Below are positions 1 to 9,922 of a stretch of 64,000 bases of DNA, in pieces. The notes under the pieces are model-generated. The model had not been told where the DNA came from, ran no database searches, and was given only the letters and a program-made list of their open reading frames with translations. This stretch comes from Solibacillus sp. (GTDB taxonomy: Bacteria; Bacillota; Bacilli; Bacillales_A; Planococcaceae): positions 56,070 to 120,069 of the forward strand of contig NZ_JBELZM010000001.1 in assembly GCF_040273735.1 (NCBI RefSeq). The letters run 5' to 3'. Within the stretch, counting starts at the first letter, position 1. The number at the start of each line of letters is the position of its first letter. Position numbers and translations under genes: made by a program.

Positions 1-1
1 T

Positions 2-199
2 CGCGTACAAATGGATAATCTGACAATGCCATCTTGTCCGTTATATGAAGAAGTTTTAGATACACAAATGTTTGGTTTATCGCGTGAAATTGAATTTGCC
101 GCGAAACTCGGGCTGATCGAACGTGAACAAGGTAAGCGAATTCTCGATTCGTTAGAGAAAGAGCTTTCTTTATTACATGATGCGTATACAGACAAATAA
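2..199 (+). CDS. ylaN: YlaN/UPF0358 family protein, 5'-truncated at the window edge
   Basis: The translation [28 protein letters not shown]... matches the remembered C-terminal two thirds of B. subtilis YlaN. The frame stays open back to base 2. A hairpin with a T-run follows. Confidence 0.8.
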   Translation, partial: RVQMDNLTMPSCPLYEEVLDTQMFGLSREIEFAAKLGLIEREQGKRILDSLEKELSLLHDAYTDK

Positions 200-202
200 A
201 AG

Positions 203-241
203 AAAACTCAAACGCTACATTGCGGTTTGAGTTTTTTTTTC
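203..241 (+). terminator. Rho-independent terminator after ylaN
   Basis: aaaactcaaacgc/gcggtttgagttt stem followed by a run of about 9 T. Confidence 0.7.
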
Positions 242-259
242 AAAGATGAGGTTTATAAC

Positions 260-1432
260 ATGAAACAGTATTTTAAAAATTATTTCCGCAATTTTGATTA
301 TGGGTTATTGTTCGTTTACATTTTGTTGATGTTATTTGGACTAGTCATGATCTACAGTTCAAGTATTTGGGTTTCTATTATTCAATATGATGCAGATCCG
401 AACTTTTATTACAGTCGCCAGCTCGTCAATATAATTTTAGCGTTAATTTTGTTTACAATCGCTGTAATTACACCCTATAAAAGATTATCCAATAAATCAA
501 TATTAGGTCTTTTGCTGGCAGTTATGTTTATACTAGAGTTATGGCTTTTAATAGCCGGCAATAGTGTTAATGGTTCAAGGAGTTGGATAAGCCTGTTCGG
601 CCTTATGAATTTCCAGCCGTCTGAATTTGCCAAACTCTTTATTATTATTTTCTTTGCGGGAACTTTTTACCGTAAAAGTGTGAACCGGGGTTCGATGCAG
701 CTGTTAACATTTGATGATGTGTCGTATCCGCTGGGCATGTGGCTATTTATCGTACTTGTTGTCGGTTTTGAAACTGATTTAGGTGCACTTGTTATTATTG
801 TAGCCATAGCACTTGTTGTTGTTATTACGAGCGGACTTAGAGGTAAGACGCTCGGCAGAATTTTTGGACTGCTCTCGGCTCTAGGGGTTGTCGGAATGAT
901 CGGTATTTTAATCTTTAAATGGGACACGGTTTTTAACGCAAGCCGAAGAGGCCGTATTACTTCATTTATAGACCCTTTCAGTGATCCGCTTAATTCGGGT
1001 TATCATGTAGTCAACGGATATTATGCAATCGGAGCAGGGGGCTTGGAAGGTCGAGGGCTCGGACAGTCGATTCAAAAGCTGGGATATGTACCTGAACCGC
1101 AAACCGATTTCATTATGGCGATTATTGCTGAGGAGTTAGGGATTTTTGGTGTATCAATTGTTATTCTTGGTTTAGGCTTTATTGTGATGCGCGGTTATTA
1201 TATCGCGATGTCAACAAAAGATCCGCTTGCACGAATGTTAGCGGCGGGCATTTCTACATGGATAGGATTACAGACTTTTATTAATTTAGGTGGATTATCG
1301 GGACTTATCCCGTTAACCGGAGTAACGTTACCTTTTATAAGCTATGGCGGTACTTCTATATTATTGCTCTCAGTGGCAATGGGGATACTTATTAATGTAT
1401 CCACACATCACAAATTGGAAAAAAGAAAGTAA
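260..1432 (+). CDS. ftsW: SEDS-family cell division protein FtsW (YlaO-like)
   Basis: Polytopic membrane protein with FtsW/RodA/SpoVE signatures (PEPQTDFI, LPFISYGGTS) and ylaN-ftsW-pyc synteny. The start was moved to the ATG at 260, which has a GAGG 8 nt upstream. The track start at 227 lies inside the ylaN terminator. Confidence 0.85.
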   Translation: MKQYFKNYFRNFDYGLLFVYILLMLFGLVMIYSSSIWVSIIQYDADPNFYYSRQLVNIILALILFTIAVITPYKRLSNKSILGLLLAVMFILELWLLIAGNSVNGSRSWISLFGLMNFQPSEFAKLFIIIFFAGTFYRKSVNRGSMQLLTFDDVSYPLGMWLFIVLVVGFETDLGALVIIVAIALVVVITSGLRGKTLGRIFGLLSALGVVGMIGILIFKWDTVFNASRRGRITSFIDPFSDPLNSGYHVVNGYYAIGAGGLEGRGLGQSIQKLGYVPEPQTDFIMAIIAEELGIFGVSIVILGLGFIVMRGYYIAMSTKDPLARMLAAGISTWIGLQTFINLGGLSGLIPLTGVTLPFISYGGTSILLLSVAMGILINVSTHHKLEKRK

Positions 1433-1449
1433 TTGGGGGTTAAGGAGAA

Positions 1450-4400
1450 ATGAAGTCGATTCAAAAGATTTTAGTCGCAAACCGAGGCGAAATCGCCATC
1501 CGTATTTTACGCGCCTGTAATGAGTTACATATTAAAACAGTGGCAATTTATTCTCGTGAAGATAGCGGATCTTATCACCGCTATAAAGCAGACGAGGCAT
1601 ATATCGTTGGCGTAGGCAAAAAACCGATTGATGCTTATTTGGATATTGAAGGCATCATTAAGATTGCAAAAGAGGCCAATGTGGATGCGATTCATCCTGG
1701 TTACGGTTTTTTATCTGAAAATGTTGATTTTGCGCGCCGTTGTGAAGAAGAAGGTATTCAATTTATTGGACCGACTTCTAAGCATCTAGATATGTTTGGC
1801 GATAAAGTTAAAGCGCGTGAACAGGCAGTTTCTGCGGAAATTCCGGTTATTCCAGGTACAGACGGTCCTGTAGCAAACTTGCAGGAAGTAGAACAGTTCA
1901 GTGAAACCTATGGCTTCCCGATCATGATTAAAGCGGCTCTTGGCGGTGGCGGACGTGGAATGCGTTTAGTTAATTCCAAAGAAGAACTGCAATCAGCATA
2001 TGAGCGTGCAAAATCGGAAGCAAAAGCTGCATTCGGCTCGGACGAAGTATATGTAGAGAAGGCGATTATTAAACCGAAGCATATAGAAGTACAAATTATC
2101 GGGGATACACACGGCAATATTGTGCATCTATATGAACGTGACTGTTCAATTCAACGACGTCACCAAAAGGTAGTGGAAATTGCACCGTCAAATTCTATTT
2201 CTGAACAGCTCCGCAATGATATTTGTGATGCGGCCGTAAAATTGATGAAAAACGTCGGCTATATTAATGCAGGGACTGTAGAATTTTTAGTTGCAGACAA
2301 TCAATTTTATTTCATTGAAGTAAATCCGCGTATTCAAGTTGAACACACGATTACTGAAATGATTACCGGACTTGATATTGTGCATGCGCAAATTAAAGTT
2401 GCAGAAGGGCTTGATCTTCATTCGAAAGAAGTAGGAATTCCGGCACAGGACAAAATTCCGCTGTTCGGTTACGCGATTCAGTCTCGAGTAACAACGGAAG
2501 ATCCTGCAAATGACTTTATGCCGGATACAGGGAAACTGATGGTATACCGTTCAAGTGGCGGTTTTGGTGTTCGACTGGACGCAGGAAATGGCTTCCAGGG
2601 CGCTGTAGTAACACCATACTATGATTCCTTACTTGTAAAAATTTCGACATGGGGAATGACGTTTGAAGAAGCCGCGGCAAAAATGGACCGTAACTTACGT
2701 GAGTTCCGTATTCGAGGTGTGAAAACGAATATTCCGTTTTTAGGAAATGTTGTATTACATGAAAAATTTATAAAAGGTGAATTTGATACGAGCTTTATTG
2801 ATACGACACCGGAATTGTTTGAATTCCCGGAACGTAAAGACCGTGGTACAAAACTATTAAACTATATCGGAAATGTGACATTAAATGGATTCCCAGGTGT
2901 TGAAAAACGTACAAAGCCGATTTTTGTACAACCAGATAAGCCAAAAGTAGATATTCTTATTCCTTCTCCAGAAGGCACTAAGCAAATTCTTGATGCGCGG
3001 GGTGCTGACGGACTTGTGAGATGGATTAAAGAACAAGAGGATGTTCTACTGACAGACACGACATTCCGTGATGCCCATCAATCATTGCTTGCAACGCGTG
3101 TACGTTCACAGGATATGCTAGAAATTGCAGACGAAACATCTCGTCTAATGCATGACTATTTTTCACTTGAAATGTGGGGTGGGGCAACGTTTGATGTTGC
3201 ATACCGTTTCTTAAGCGAAAATCCATGGGACCGTTTGGAAAAACTTAGAAAGAAAATTCCGAATGTTCTGTTTCAAATGTTGTTACGCGGTGCGAATGCG
3301 GTAGGTTATACGAACTATCCGGATAATCTGATCCGTGAGTTCATTCAGGAATCCGCTTCTTCAGGTGTGGACGTTTTCCGAATTTTCGACTCGCTTAACT
3401 GGATTAAAGGAATGGAAGTAGCAATCGATGAAGTACGCAATAGCGGAAAAGTGGCGGAAGCGGCAATCTGTTACACGGGCGATATTTTAGATGACAGCCG
3501 AGCGAAATATACGGTTCAATACTACAAAGATATGGCACGTGAACTAGAGGCGACGGGCGCACATATTTTAGCAATCAAAGATATGGCGGGACTACTGAAA
3601 CCACAAGCTGCATACCGACTTATTTCCGAGCTGAAAGATGCGACTAGTCTGCCAATCCACTTGCATACACATGATACGAGCGGAAACGGAATTTTCTTAT
3701 ATGCGAAAGCAATTGAAGCGGGTGTTGATATTATTGATACAGCACTAGGTTCAATGGCAGGTTTAACATCACAGCCAAGCGCAAACTCATTGTACTATGC
3801 AATGAAAGGTTCTGAGCGAAACGTGCGTGCAGATATCGATAGCCTGGAAAAATTGTCATACTACTGGGAAGATGTTCGCAAATATTATGTTGATTTCGAA
3901 AGTGGCATGAATGCACCACATTCTGAAATTTATGTACACGAAATGCCTGGCGGTCAATACAGTAACCTGCAGCAGCAAGCAAAAGCAGTCGGTTTAGGCG
4001 ACCGTTGGGATGAAGTGAAGACAATGTATTCCCGTGTAAATCTAATGTTCGGTGATATTGTAAAAGTAACGCCGTCATCAAAGGTAGTAGGGGATATGGC
4101 ATTATTCATGGTACAAAATGATCTAACGGAAGACAATATTGTTGAGCGTGGACAAACGATTGATTTCCCTGAATCCGTTATTGAATTTTTCCAAGGTTAT
4201 TTAGGGCAGCCACATGGCGGATTCCCGGTGGAAATTCAGAAAGTTGTCTTGAAGGATCGTACGCCTATTACGGTTCGTCCAGGAGAATTATTGCCGCCGG
4301 TTGATTTTGATCAGCTGACAGTAGAATTGACTGAAAAGTATGGACGAGCACCATCTAAACAAGACGTACTGGCATATGCGCTTTACCCGAAAGTATTTGA

Positions 4401-4884
4401 GCAATATATTGATGCTGTGAATGCATTCGGCGATGTTTCTGTACTCGATACGCCTACATTCTTCTATGGATTGAAAATTGGCGAAGAAATTGAAGTAGAA
4501 ATCGAAAAAGGAAAGACACTGATTGTAAAGCTAGTATCAATCGGTGAACCGCAGCATGACGGAACACGTATTATCTATTTTGAACTGAATGGCCAGTCCC
4601 GTGAACTGGTAATTCAAGACTTAACGGTTGAAGTAGACGGCAGCATTGCACTGAAAGCCGACCCGTCCAACCCGAACCAGATCGGCGCAACAATGCCGGG
4701 TACTGTTCTAAAAGTCGTTGTTAATAAAGGAAGCACAGTAAAACGTGGCGAGCACTTATTAATTACTGAAGCGATGAAAATGGAAACAACAGTCCAAGCG
4801 CCAAAAGACGGTATTGTAAAAGAAATCTATGCAAAAGCAGGAGACGCCATTTCAACTGGCGATCTGCTTATTGAATTAGAATAG
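1450..4884 (+). CDS. pyc: Pyruvate carboxylase (biotin carboxylase, carboxyltransferase and biotinyl domains)
   Basis: 1144 aa, collinear with remembered B. subtilis PycA (VANRGEIAIRI..., TFRDAHQSLLATR, C-terminal AMKMET biotinylation motif). Confidence 0.97.
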   Translation: MKSIQKILVANRGEIAIRILRACNELHIKTVAIYSREDSGSYHRYKADEAYIVGVGKKPIDAYLDIEGIIKIAKEANVDAIHPGYGFLSENVDFARRCEEEGIQFIGPTSKHLDMFGDKVKAREQAVSAEIPVIPGTDGPVANLQEVEQFSETYGFPIMIKAALGGGGRGMRLVNSKEELQSAYERAKSEAKAAFGSDEVYVEKAIIKPKHIEVQIIGDTHGNIVHLYERDCSIQRRHQKVVEIAPSNSISEQLRNDICDAAVKLMKNVGYINAGTVEFLVADNQFYFIEVNPRIQVEHTITEMITGLDIVHAQIKVAEGLDLHSKEVGIPAQDKIPLFGYAIQSRVTTEDPANDFMPDTGKLMVYRSSGGFGVRLDAGNGFQGAVVTPYYDSLLVKISTWGMTFEEAAAKMDRNLREFRIRGVKTNIPFLGNVVLHEKFIKGEFDTSFIDTTPELFEFPERKDRGTKLLNYIGNVTLNGFPGVEKRTKPIFVQPDKPKVDILIPSPEGTKQILDARGADGLVRWIKEQEDVLLTDTTFRDAHQSLLATRVRSQDMLEIADETSRLMHDYFSLEMWGGATFDVAYRFLSENPWDRLEKLRKKIPNVLFQMLLRGANAVGYTNYPDNLIREFIQESASSGVDVFRIFDSLNWIKGMEVAIDEVRNSGKVAEAAICYTGDILDDSRAKYTVQYYKDMARELEATGAHILAIKDMAGLLKPQAAYRLISELKDATSLPIHLHTHDTSGNGIFLYAKAIEAGVDIIDTALGSMAGLTSQPSANSLYYAMKGSERNVRADIDSLEKLSYYWEDVRKYYVDFESGMNAPHSEIYVHEMPGGQYSNLQQQAKAVGLGDRWDEVKTMYSRVNLMFGDIVKVTPSSKVVGDMALFMVQNDLTEDNIVERGQTIDFPESVIEFFQGYLGQPHGGFPVEIQKVVLKDRTPITVRPGELLPPVDFDQLTVELTEKYGRAPSKQDVLAYALYPKVFEQYIDAVNAFGDVSVLDTPTFFYGLKIGEEIEVEIEKGKTLIVKLVSIGEPQHDGTRIIYFELNGQSRELVIQDLTVEVDGSIALKADPSNPNQIGATMPGTVLKVVVNKGSTVKRGEHLLITEAMKMETTVQAPKDGIVKEIYAKAGDAISTGDLLIELE

Positions 4885-4910
4885 GACAACTCTATCTGGC
4901 TTAAAGTGAA

Positions 4911-4952
4911 AAGCGCTGCAATTTTGAATTAAAATTTGCGGCGCTTTTTTTT
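4911..4952 (+). terminator. Rho-independent terminator after pyc
   Basis: aagcgctgcaatttt/aaaatttgcggcgctt hairpin followed by T8. Confidence 0.7.
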
Positions 4953-5064
4953 ATTTTTCCTTTATCCGCGTGAGCTTTACAGTGGCGCAACATCAATTTG
5001 TTATTAACGAAAAAAAAGGAAGAGTGCAAAGTGCAATCTCCCTTTTCTATTTAAAATATTTAAC

Positions 5065-5976
5065 TTATTTCGACCTTGAAACTAGCATGATCAAATAACA
5101 TAATAAACCAAATAGAAGTGTAATTAATAACGAGTGCATCAATGAAACGAATAAGTGAAGTTTTAACAGGACTACAAGCATGCCGGCAATGACTTGTAAA
5201 ATTACAAGTGAAATAGCGATTGTCCAGCCCCAGAAAATAATCCGCTGACTCTTGTAGTTTCTGATAACATGGACAGCAATATAGGCAATCCAAATTACGA
5301 AGATTAACACTGCAAAACGGTGCCCCATCTGAACCCACTCATACATATTGTACGGCATCGTCATTGGCTGATCATTACGGCAGAACGGCCAGTCCGGACA
5401 GACAAGACTAGCATCGGTATGACGTACAAGAGCCCCAGTATAAACAACTATATATGAATATAAAGTAACGCAAATAGTATGTATTTTTAATTTCCTGCTC
5501 ATGTACAATCGATCGGCATCAAATTTTTTGTCGACTTCAAATACAATCAAGGTAAGCAGCAGTACAGCCGCAAATGAGATTAATGAAATTCCGAAATGTA
5601 ACGCTAAAATAAAGTCACCTTGTCCCCATAATACTTGGGCAGCTCCAATGAGTGCTTGAAGAGCTAGGAAGAACAGCGCCAAAAATCCTAAAAGCTTAAC
5701 TTCACGAATATGACCTAGTGCTCGCCAGGTCCAAATAACAAGAATGAGGATAAAAATGGATACTGTCCCGGTTACAAGACGGTGAGAAAATTCAATTAAT
5801 ACTTCTGTTGTAATTTCTTTCGGTATTAATGAACCGTTGCAGTCCGGCCAGTTTCTTCCACAGCCCAAACCGCTATCCGTCTTTGTAACTAGTGCTCCAC
5901 CTTGAAGGATGAGCAACATGCCGAGGGTAGACAAAACAGCAAACCATTTTAGAAATTTATAATATTTTTGATGCAT
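5065..5976 (-). CDS. ctaA: Heme A synthase CtaA
   Basis: 303-aa, 8-TM protein with paired Cys motifs (GCG..WPDC and CPDWPFC) and conserved His residues. It is divergent from the cta oxidase genes, as in B. subtilis. Confidence 0.9.
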   Translation of the reverse strand: MHQKYYKFLKWFAVLSTLGMLLILQGGALVTKTDSGLGCGRNWPDCNGSLIPKEITTEVLIEFSHRLVTGTVSIFILILVIWTWRALGHIREVKLLGFLALFFLALQALIGAAQVLWGQGDFILALHFGISLISFAAVLLLTLIVFEVDKKFDADRLYMSRKLKIHTICVTLYSYIVVYTGALVRHTDASLVCPDWPFCRNDQPMTMPYNMYEWVQMGHRFAVLIFVIWIAYIAVHVIRNYKSQRIIFWGWTIAISLVILQVIAGMLVVLLKLHLFVSLMHSLLITLLFGLLCYLIMLVSRSK

Positions 5977-6034
5977 AAAATGAGCTCACCTACTTTAATT
6001 TTCGCTTCGCTACAAAGAGCGTCTCTAATTTTAG

Positions 6035-6063
6035 ATAATAGCGAAAATATCTGAAAAATACAA
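6035..6063 (-). promoter_or_regulatory. Candidate sigma-A promoter for ctaA (TTGTAT-17-TATTAT on the minus strand)
   Basis: Hexamers read on the reverse complement. The -10 lies about 60 nt upstream of the ctaA ATG. Confidence 0.4.
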
Positions 6064-6871
6064 CCATATTCAGGATTCCATTGTAAACGCAACCATTTTT
6101 TCACAAATTGTTCATAAATTCGTCTCCTTGCATTCACAAATATTGGCAAAAAATGCATTACTATATAGTTGTTGATAGAGATTTCTGCATGTTTCGTCAA
6201 GTTTGACGTGAAGTAGTTTGAAATTTCATGAAACGTCTAGAAATCCTATCCAAATTTAGATATAGTTATGGTAACGGAATATGCTTACAAATTTGAAAGG
6301 AGAAGTAAGTTATTGGACCCTTTTACCAAAAACCCGTCGAACTATAGAGATTTTTAGCACAATTATTCTTTAAGTTTTCTTGCACTTATAAAGATAGAAA
6401 TCGGTACTTCACATTACTGAAGACTTAAAGAAGAATTGAAGTTTTCTAGATTTTTTGCTTATTTTTCTAGCAAAATAGTATAAACTAGAATTTAGCAGTA
6501 AAATGGGATGTAAGTAAAAATGTCTCAGTAATTGAAAAATCCAACTTATTGCGTAAGCGGATTTTTGTAACCGATAGCAGTGACTGCTGTCAGCATGTGA
6601 GGACTTATAATTTTCTGAGCCATTTTATTTAAGTGAAACTTTACTCAAATATATTAGAATTTTTCCGATCGATCTGTAATTTACTTCACTCGATTAGAAG
6701 AACAGGAGACTAATCAATATTTGAACATAAAGGGAAGCAGCAAGTAGTGGGCGGCTAAAAAATCGGGATTCTTTCCAGTACAGTATTGCACTGTACAAGA
6801 ATTCACATAGACAGAACCGCAGTCATGGTTACACATGAAAATACAACAAAGAAAGAGGGGTTTATTAAGCT

Positions 6872-7942
6872 ATGATGAAAGGGCTTAAAAAATGGCGTTT
6901 ATTCTCGTTATTAACAGTAATGACAGTATTCCTTTCAGCATGTGGTGAAGAGTATATCTCGACGCTTCGTCCATCTGGTCAAGTCGGTAAAGAGCAATTA
7001 AACATCTTATATTTATCCATAGCTATTATGGCGTTAGTCGTTATTGTCGTATCGACAATTTATTTAGTTGCTTTCTTTAAATTCCGCCGTTCAAAAGTTG
7101 GCGAAGACCATATGCCGAAGCAAGTGGAAGGCAGCCATACTTTAGAGGTGATTTGGACAGTTATTCCAATTATTTTATTATTAGTCTTAGCTGTTCCAAC
7201 GCTGCACTATACGTATAAATTTTCGAATGTTGCTGCAATGGACGAAGTAGACGAAAGCGGTAACAATACTGCACTTACAGTAAATGTAACAGCAAAGTTA
7301 TACTGGTGGGAATTTGAATATCCAAACCAAGGTATCATCACAGCTCAGGAACTGGTAGTTCCAACGGGAGAAAAAGTGTACTTCAACTTAATTGCATCTG
7401 ATGTAAAGCACTCATTCTGGATTCCCGCTATTGGCGGAAAGATGGATACTAACGTTGATGGTATTAACAAATTCTATTTACAGTTTGATAGAGAATCAGC
7501 GGGGTTAAACGATGGTGAAGGCGTGTTCTATGGTAAATGTGCGGAGTTATGTGGTCCTTCACATGCTTTAATGGACTTCAAAGTAAAAGCACTTGAACCG
7601 GAAGCGTTCGACGCATGGGTTACAGCAATGCAGGGTACTGAAGGTGCCACAGCGGATAAAGAGTCGTCTGATTTAGGTGAAGCGACATTTGCCAACTCTT
7701 GCTTAGGATGTCACGCAGTATCCGGCGTTGCAGGCAATGGATTAGGTCCTAACTTAACAACTTTCGGCGACCGTAACCGTGTTGCTGGTTTCTTGGAACA
7801 TACAGTTGAAAATACGACTGAATGGATTATCGATCCTGAACCGTATAAACCAGGTAACACAATGACAGGTAAATACAATGTTAGTCGGGAAGAAGCACAG
7901 GCAATTGCTGACTATTTAATGACATTATCAGTTGAAAAGTAA
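6872..7942 (+). CDS. ctaC: Cytochrome c oxidase (caa3) subunit II with fused cytochrome c domain
   Basis: Lipoprotein signal (LSAC), CuA site (CAELCGPSHALM) and a C-terminal CLGCH heme-c motif. Confidence 0.95.
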   Translation: MMKGLKKWRLFSLLTVMTVFLSACGEEYISTLRPSGQVGKEQLNILYLSIAIMALVVIVVSTIYLVAFFKFRRSKVGEDHMPKQVEGSHTLEVIWTVIPIILLLVLAVPTLHYTYKFSNVAAMDEVDESGNNTALTVNVTAKLYWWEFEYPNQGIITAQELVVPTGEKVYFNLIASDVKHSFWIPAIGGKMDTNVDGINKFYLQFDRESAGLNDGEGVFYGKCAELCGPSHALMDFKVKALEPEAFDAWVTAMQGTEGATADKESSDLGEATFANSCLGCHAVSGVAGNGLGPNLTTFGDRNRVAGFLEHTVENTTEWIIDPEPYKPGNTMTGKYNVSREEAQAIADYLMTLSVEK

Positions 7943-7981
7943 TTTATACATTAGAGAGAAATATTGAAGGAGGTTAAAGGT

Positions 7982-9922
7982 GTGAGCTCTGTTACACAGA
8001 AAAAGGGCTTTGGAGCACATGTATGGGACTATTTAACAACGGTCGATCACAAAAAGATCGCAATCATGTATTTAGCTGCCGGTACTCTGTTCTTCGCAAT
8101 TGCGGGATTTGAAGCGTTACTGATGCGTATCCAATTAATGTTCCCTGAAAGTACATTCATTTCTGCAGGCCTATTTAACGAACTATTAACAATGCACGGC
8201 ACAACGATGCTATTCTTAGCAGCAACACCAATAATATTTGCCTTTATGAATGCGGTCGTACCACTTCAAATTGGTGCGCGTGATGTTGCATTCCCGTTTT
8301 TAAACTCATTAGGATTTTGGCTGTTCTTTATTGGTGCAGTATTCCTTCACCTATCATTCTTTTTAGGTGGAGCACCTGATGCAGGTTGGACTTCTTATGC
8401 ATCATTATCTTTATATTCACCGGGCCATGGTATTGACTTCTATATTCTTGGTCTGCAAATTTCGGGAGCGGGTACGTTAATTTCAGGTATTAACTTCATC
8501 GTAACAATTATTACGATGCGTGCACCTGGTATGACGTTCATGCGTATGCCTTTATTCACTTGGACGACTTTAGTGGCAAGTTCACTAATTTTATTCGCAT
8601 TCCCTCCACTTACTGGTGGATTGTTCTTAATGTTAGTTGACCGTATGTTTGGGGCAAACTTCTTTGATCATACAATGGGTGGTAATACAATTATTTGGGA
8701 GCACTTATTCTGGATTTTCGGTCACCCTGAAGTATACATCTTAGTACTGCCGGCATTCGGTTTATTCTCGGAAATTATTCCGGTTTTCGCTCGTAAACGT
8801 TTATTCGGTTACTCATCAATGGTATTCGCTACAATTTTAATCGGTTTCTTAGGCTTCATGGTATGGGCCCACCACATGTTCACAGTTGGTTTAGGTGCTA
8901 CTGCGAACGCAATTTTCGCTGTTGCTACAATGGCGATCGCTGTTCCGACAGGGATGAAAGTATTCAACTGGATTCTTACAATTTGGGGCGGTTCGATTAA
9001 AGTTACGGTGCCGATGCTTTATGCACTTGGATTTATCCCTTCATTCGTTGCAGGCGGGGTTACAGGGGTAATGCAGGCAACTGCACCACTTGACTATCAG
9101 CTGCATGATTCTTACTTTATCGTTGCTCACTTCCACTACGTAATTGTAGGTGGTATCGTAACAGGATTATTCGGTTCAGCGCATTTCTACTGGCCAATTA
9201 TGTTTAACCGTGCATTAAATCCTAAACTGGGAATGATTACTTTCTGGATGTTCTTTATCGGATTCCACTTAACGTTCTTCATCCAGCATTTCTTAGGATT
9301 AATGGGTATGCCACGTCGTGTATTCACATACATGGAAGGTCAAGGTTGGGATTTATTCAACTTTATCTCGTCAATCGGTGCTATTATGATGGGAATCGGG
9401 GTAGTATTATTAGTAATCGATGCAATATTATCGATTAAATCTGAACCGGTTAACCGTCGTGATTACTGGGGCGATGGTCGTTCACTTGAGTGGGCGCTTG
9501 AAACACCGCTGCCATTCTATAACTTTAAACAAACACCACTTATTCGTGGTTATGATCCTTATTGGATTGAAAAAGAAGAAGGCAACAAAGAAGGTATGGT
9601 CTATGCTGAGCCATTAGGTGAAATTCATATGCCAAACAATTCAATACTGCCGTTCATTATGTCAATCGGAATGATGATTGCTGCATTTGGTGCTCTATAC
9701 AGCCCTTGGGGAGATCAAGTTCAGGCTGGTACAGCTACAGGTACAACACCTGCCATCTCTTTAGCGCTGATGATTGGTGGTCTTGGGTTGACAATTGCAT
9801 GTATGATTATTCGATCATTTAAAGACGATTTAGGATTCCATGTAACAGTTCCGGAAATTGAACAAGTGGAAGCGGATCTAGCTCACTACCGTGCAACAGG
9901 TAATAAAGGGGGTAACAAGTAA
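7982..9922 (+). CDS. ctaD: Cytochrome c oxidase subunit I
   Basis: Classical heme-copper oxidase subunit I sequence (WFFGHPEVYIL, HHMF...). The GTG at 7982 sits 8 nt after GAAGGAGG, so the track start at 7964 (TTG) is probably too early. Confidence 0.95.
   Translation: MSSVTQKKGFGAHVWDYLTTVDHKKIAIMYLAAGTLFFAIAGFEALLMRIQLMFPESTFISAGLFNELLTMHGTTMLFLAATPIIFAFMNAVVPLQIGARDVAFPFLNSLGFWLFFIGAVFLHLSFFLGGAPDAGWTSYASLSLYSPGHGIDFYILGLQISGAGTLISGINFIVTIITMRAPGMTFMRMPLFTWTTLVASSLILFAFPPLTGGLFLMLVDRMFGANFFDHTMGGNTIIWEHLFWIFGHPEVYILVLPAFGLFSEIIPVFARKRLFGYSSMVFATILIGFLGFMVWAHHMFTVGLGATANAIFAVATMAIAVPTGMKVFNWILTIWGGSIKVTVPMLYALGFIPSFVAGGVTGVMQATAPLDYQLHDSYFIVAHFHYVIVGGIVTGLFGSAHFYWPIMFNRALNPKLGMITFWMFFIGFHLTFFIQHFLGLMGMPRRVFTYMEGQGWDLFNFISSIGAIMMGIGVVLLVIDAILSIKSEPVNRRDYWGDGRSLEWALETPLPFYNFKQTPLIRGYDPYWIEKEEGNKEGMVYAEPLGEIHMPNNSILPFIMSIGMMIAAFGALYSPWGDQVQAGTATGTTPAISLALMIGGLGLTIACMIIRSFKDDLGFHVTVPEIEQVEADLAHYRATGNKGGNK

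Noticed and set aside
3731-4102. 123-aa ORF on the minus strand, plus other short antisense ORFs within 1908-4136
   Set aside because: They are all embedded antisense in the pyruvate carboxylase gene.
5949-6200. 83-aa ORF on the minus strand upstream of and overlapping the ctaA start
   Set aside because: It covers the ctaA promoter and leader, is AT-rich, and has no Shine-Dalgarno sequence. It is likely spurious.
5977-6871. Possible ctaB pseudogene remnant, or small ORFs (a 22-codon ATG ORF near 6228 and a 14-codon TTG ORF after AAAGGAGA near 6298)
   Set aside because: I could see no CtaB-like peptide in any frame, and the mini-ORFs are too short to support without conservation or expression data. 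A translated alignment is needed to exclude a decayed remnant.
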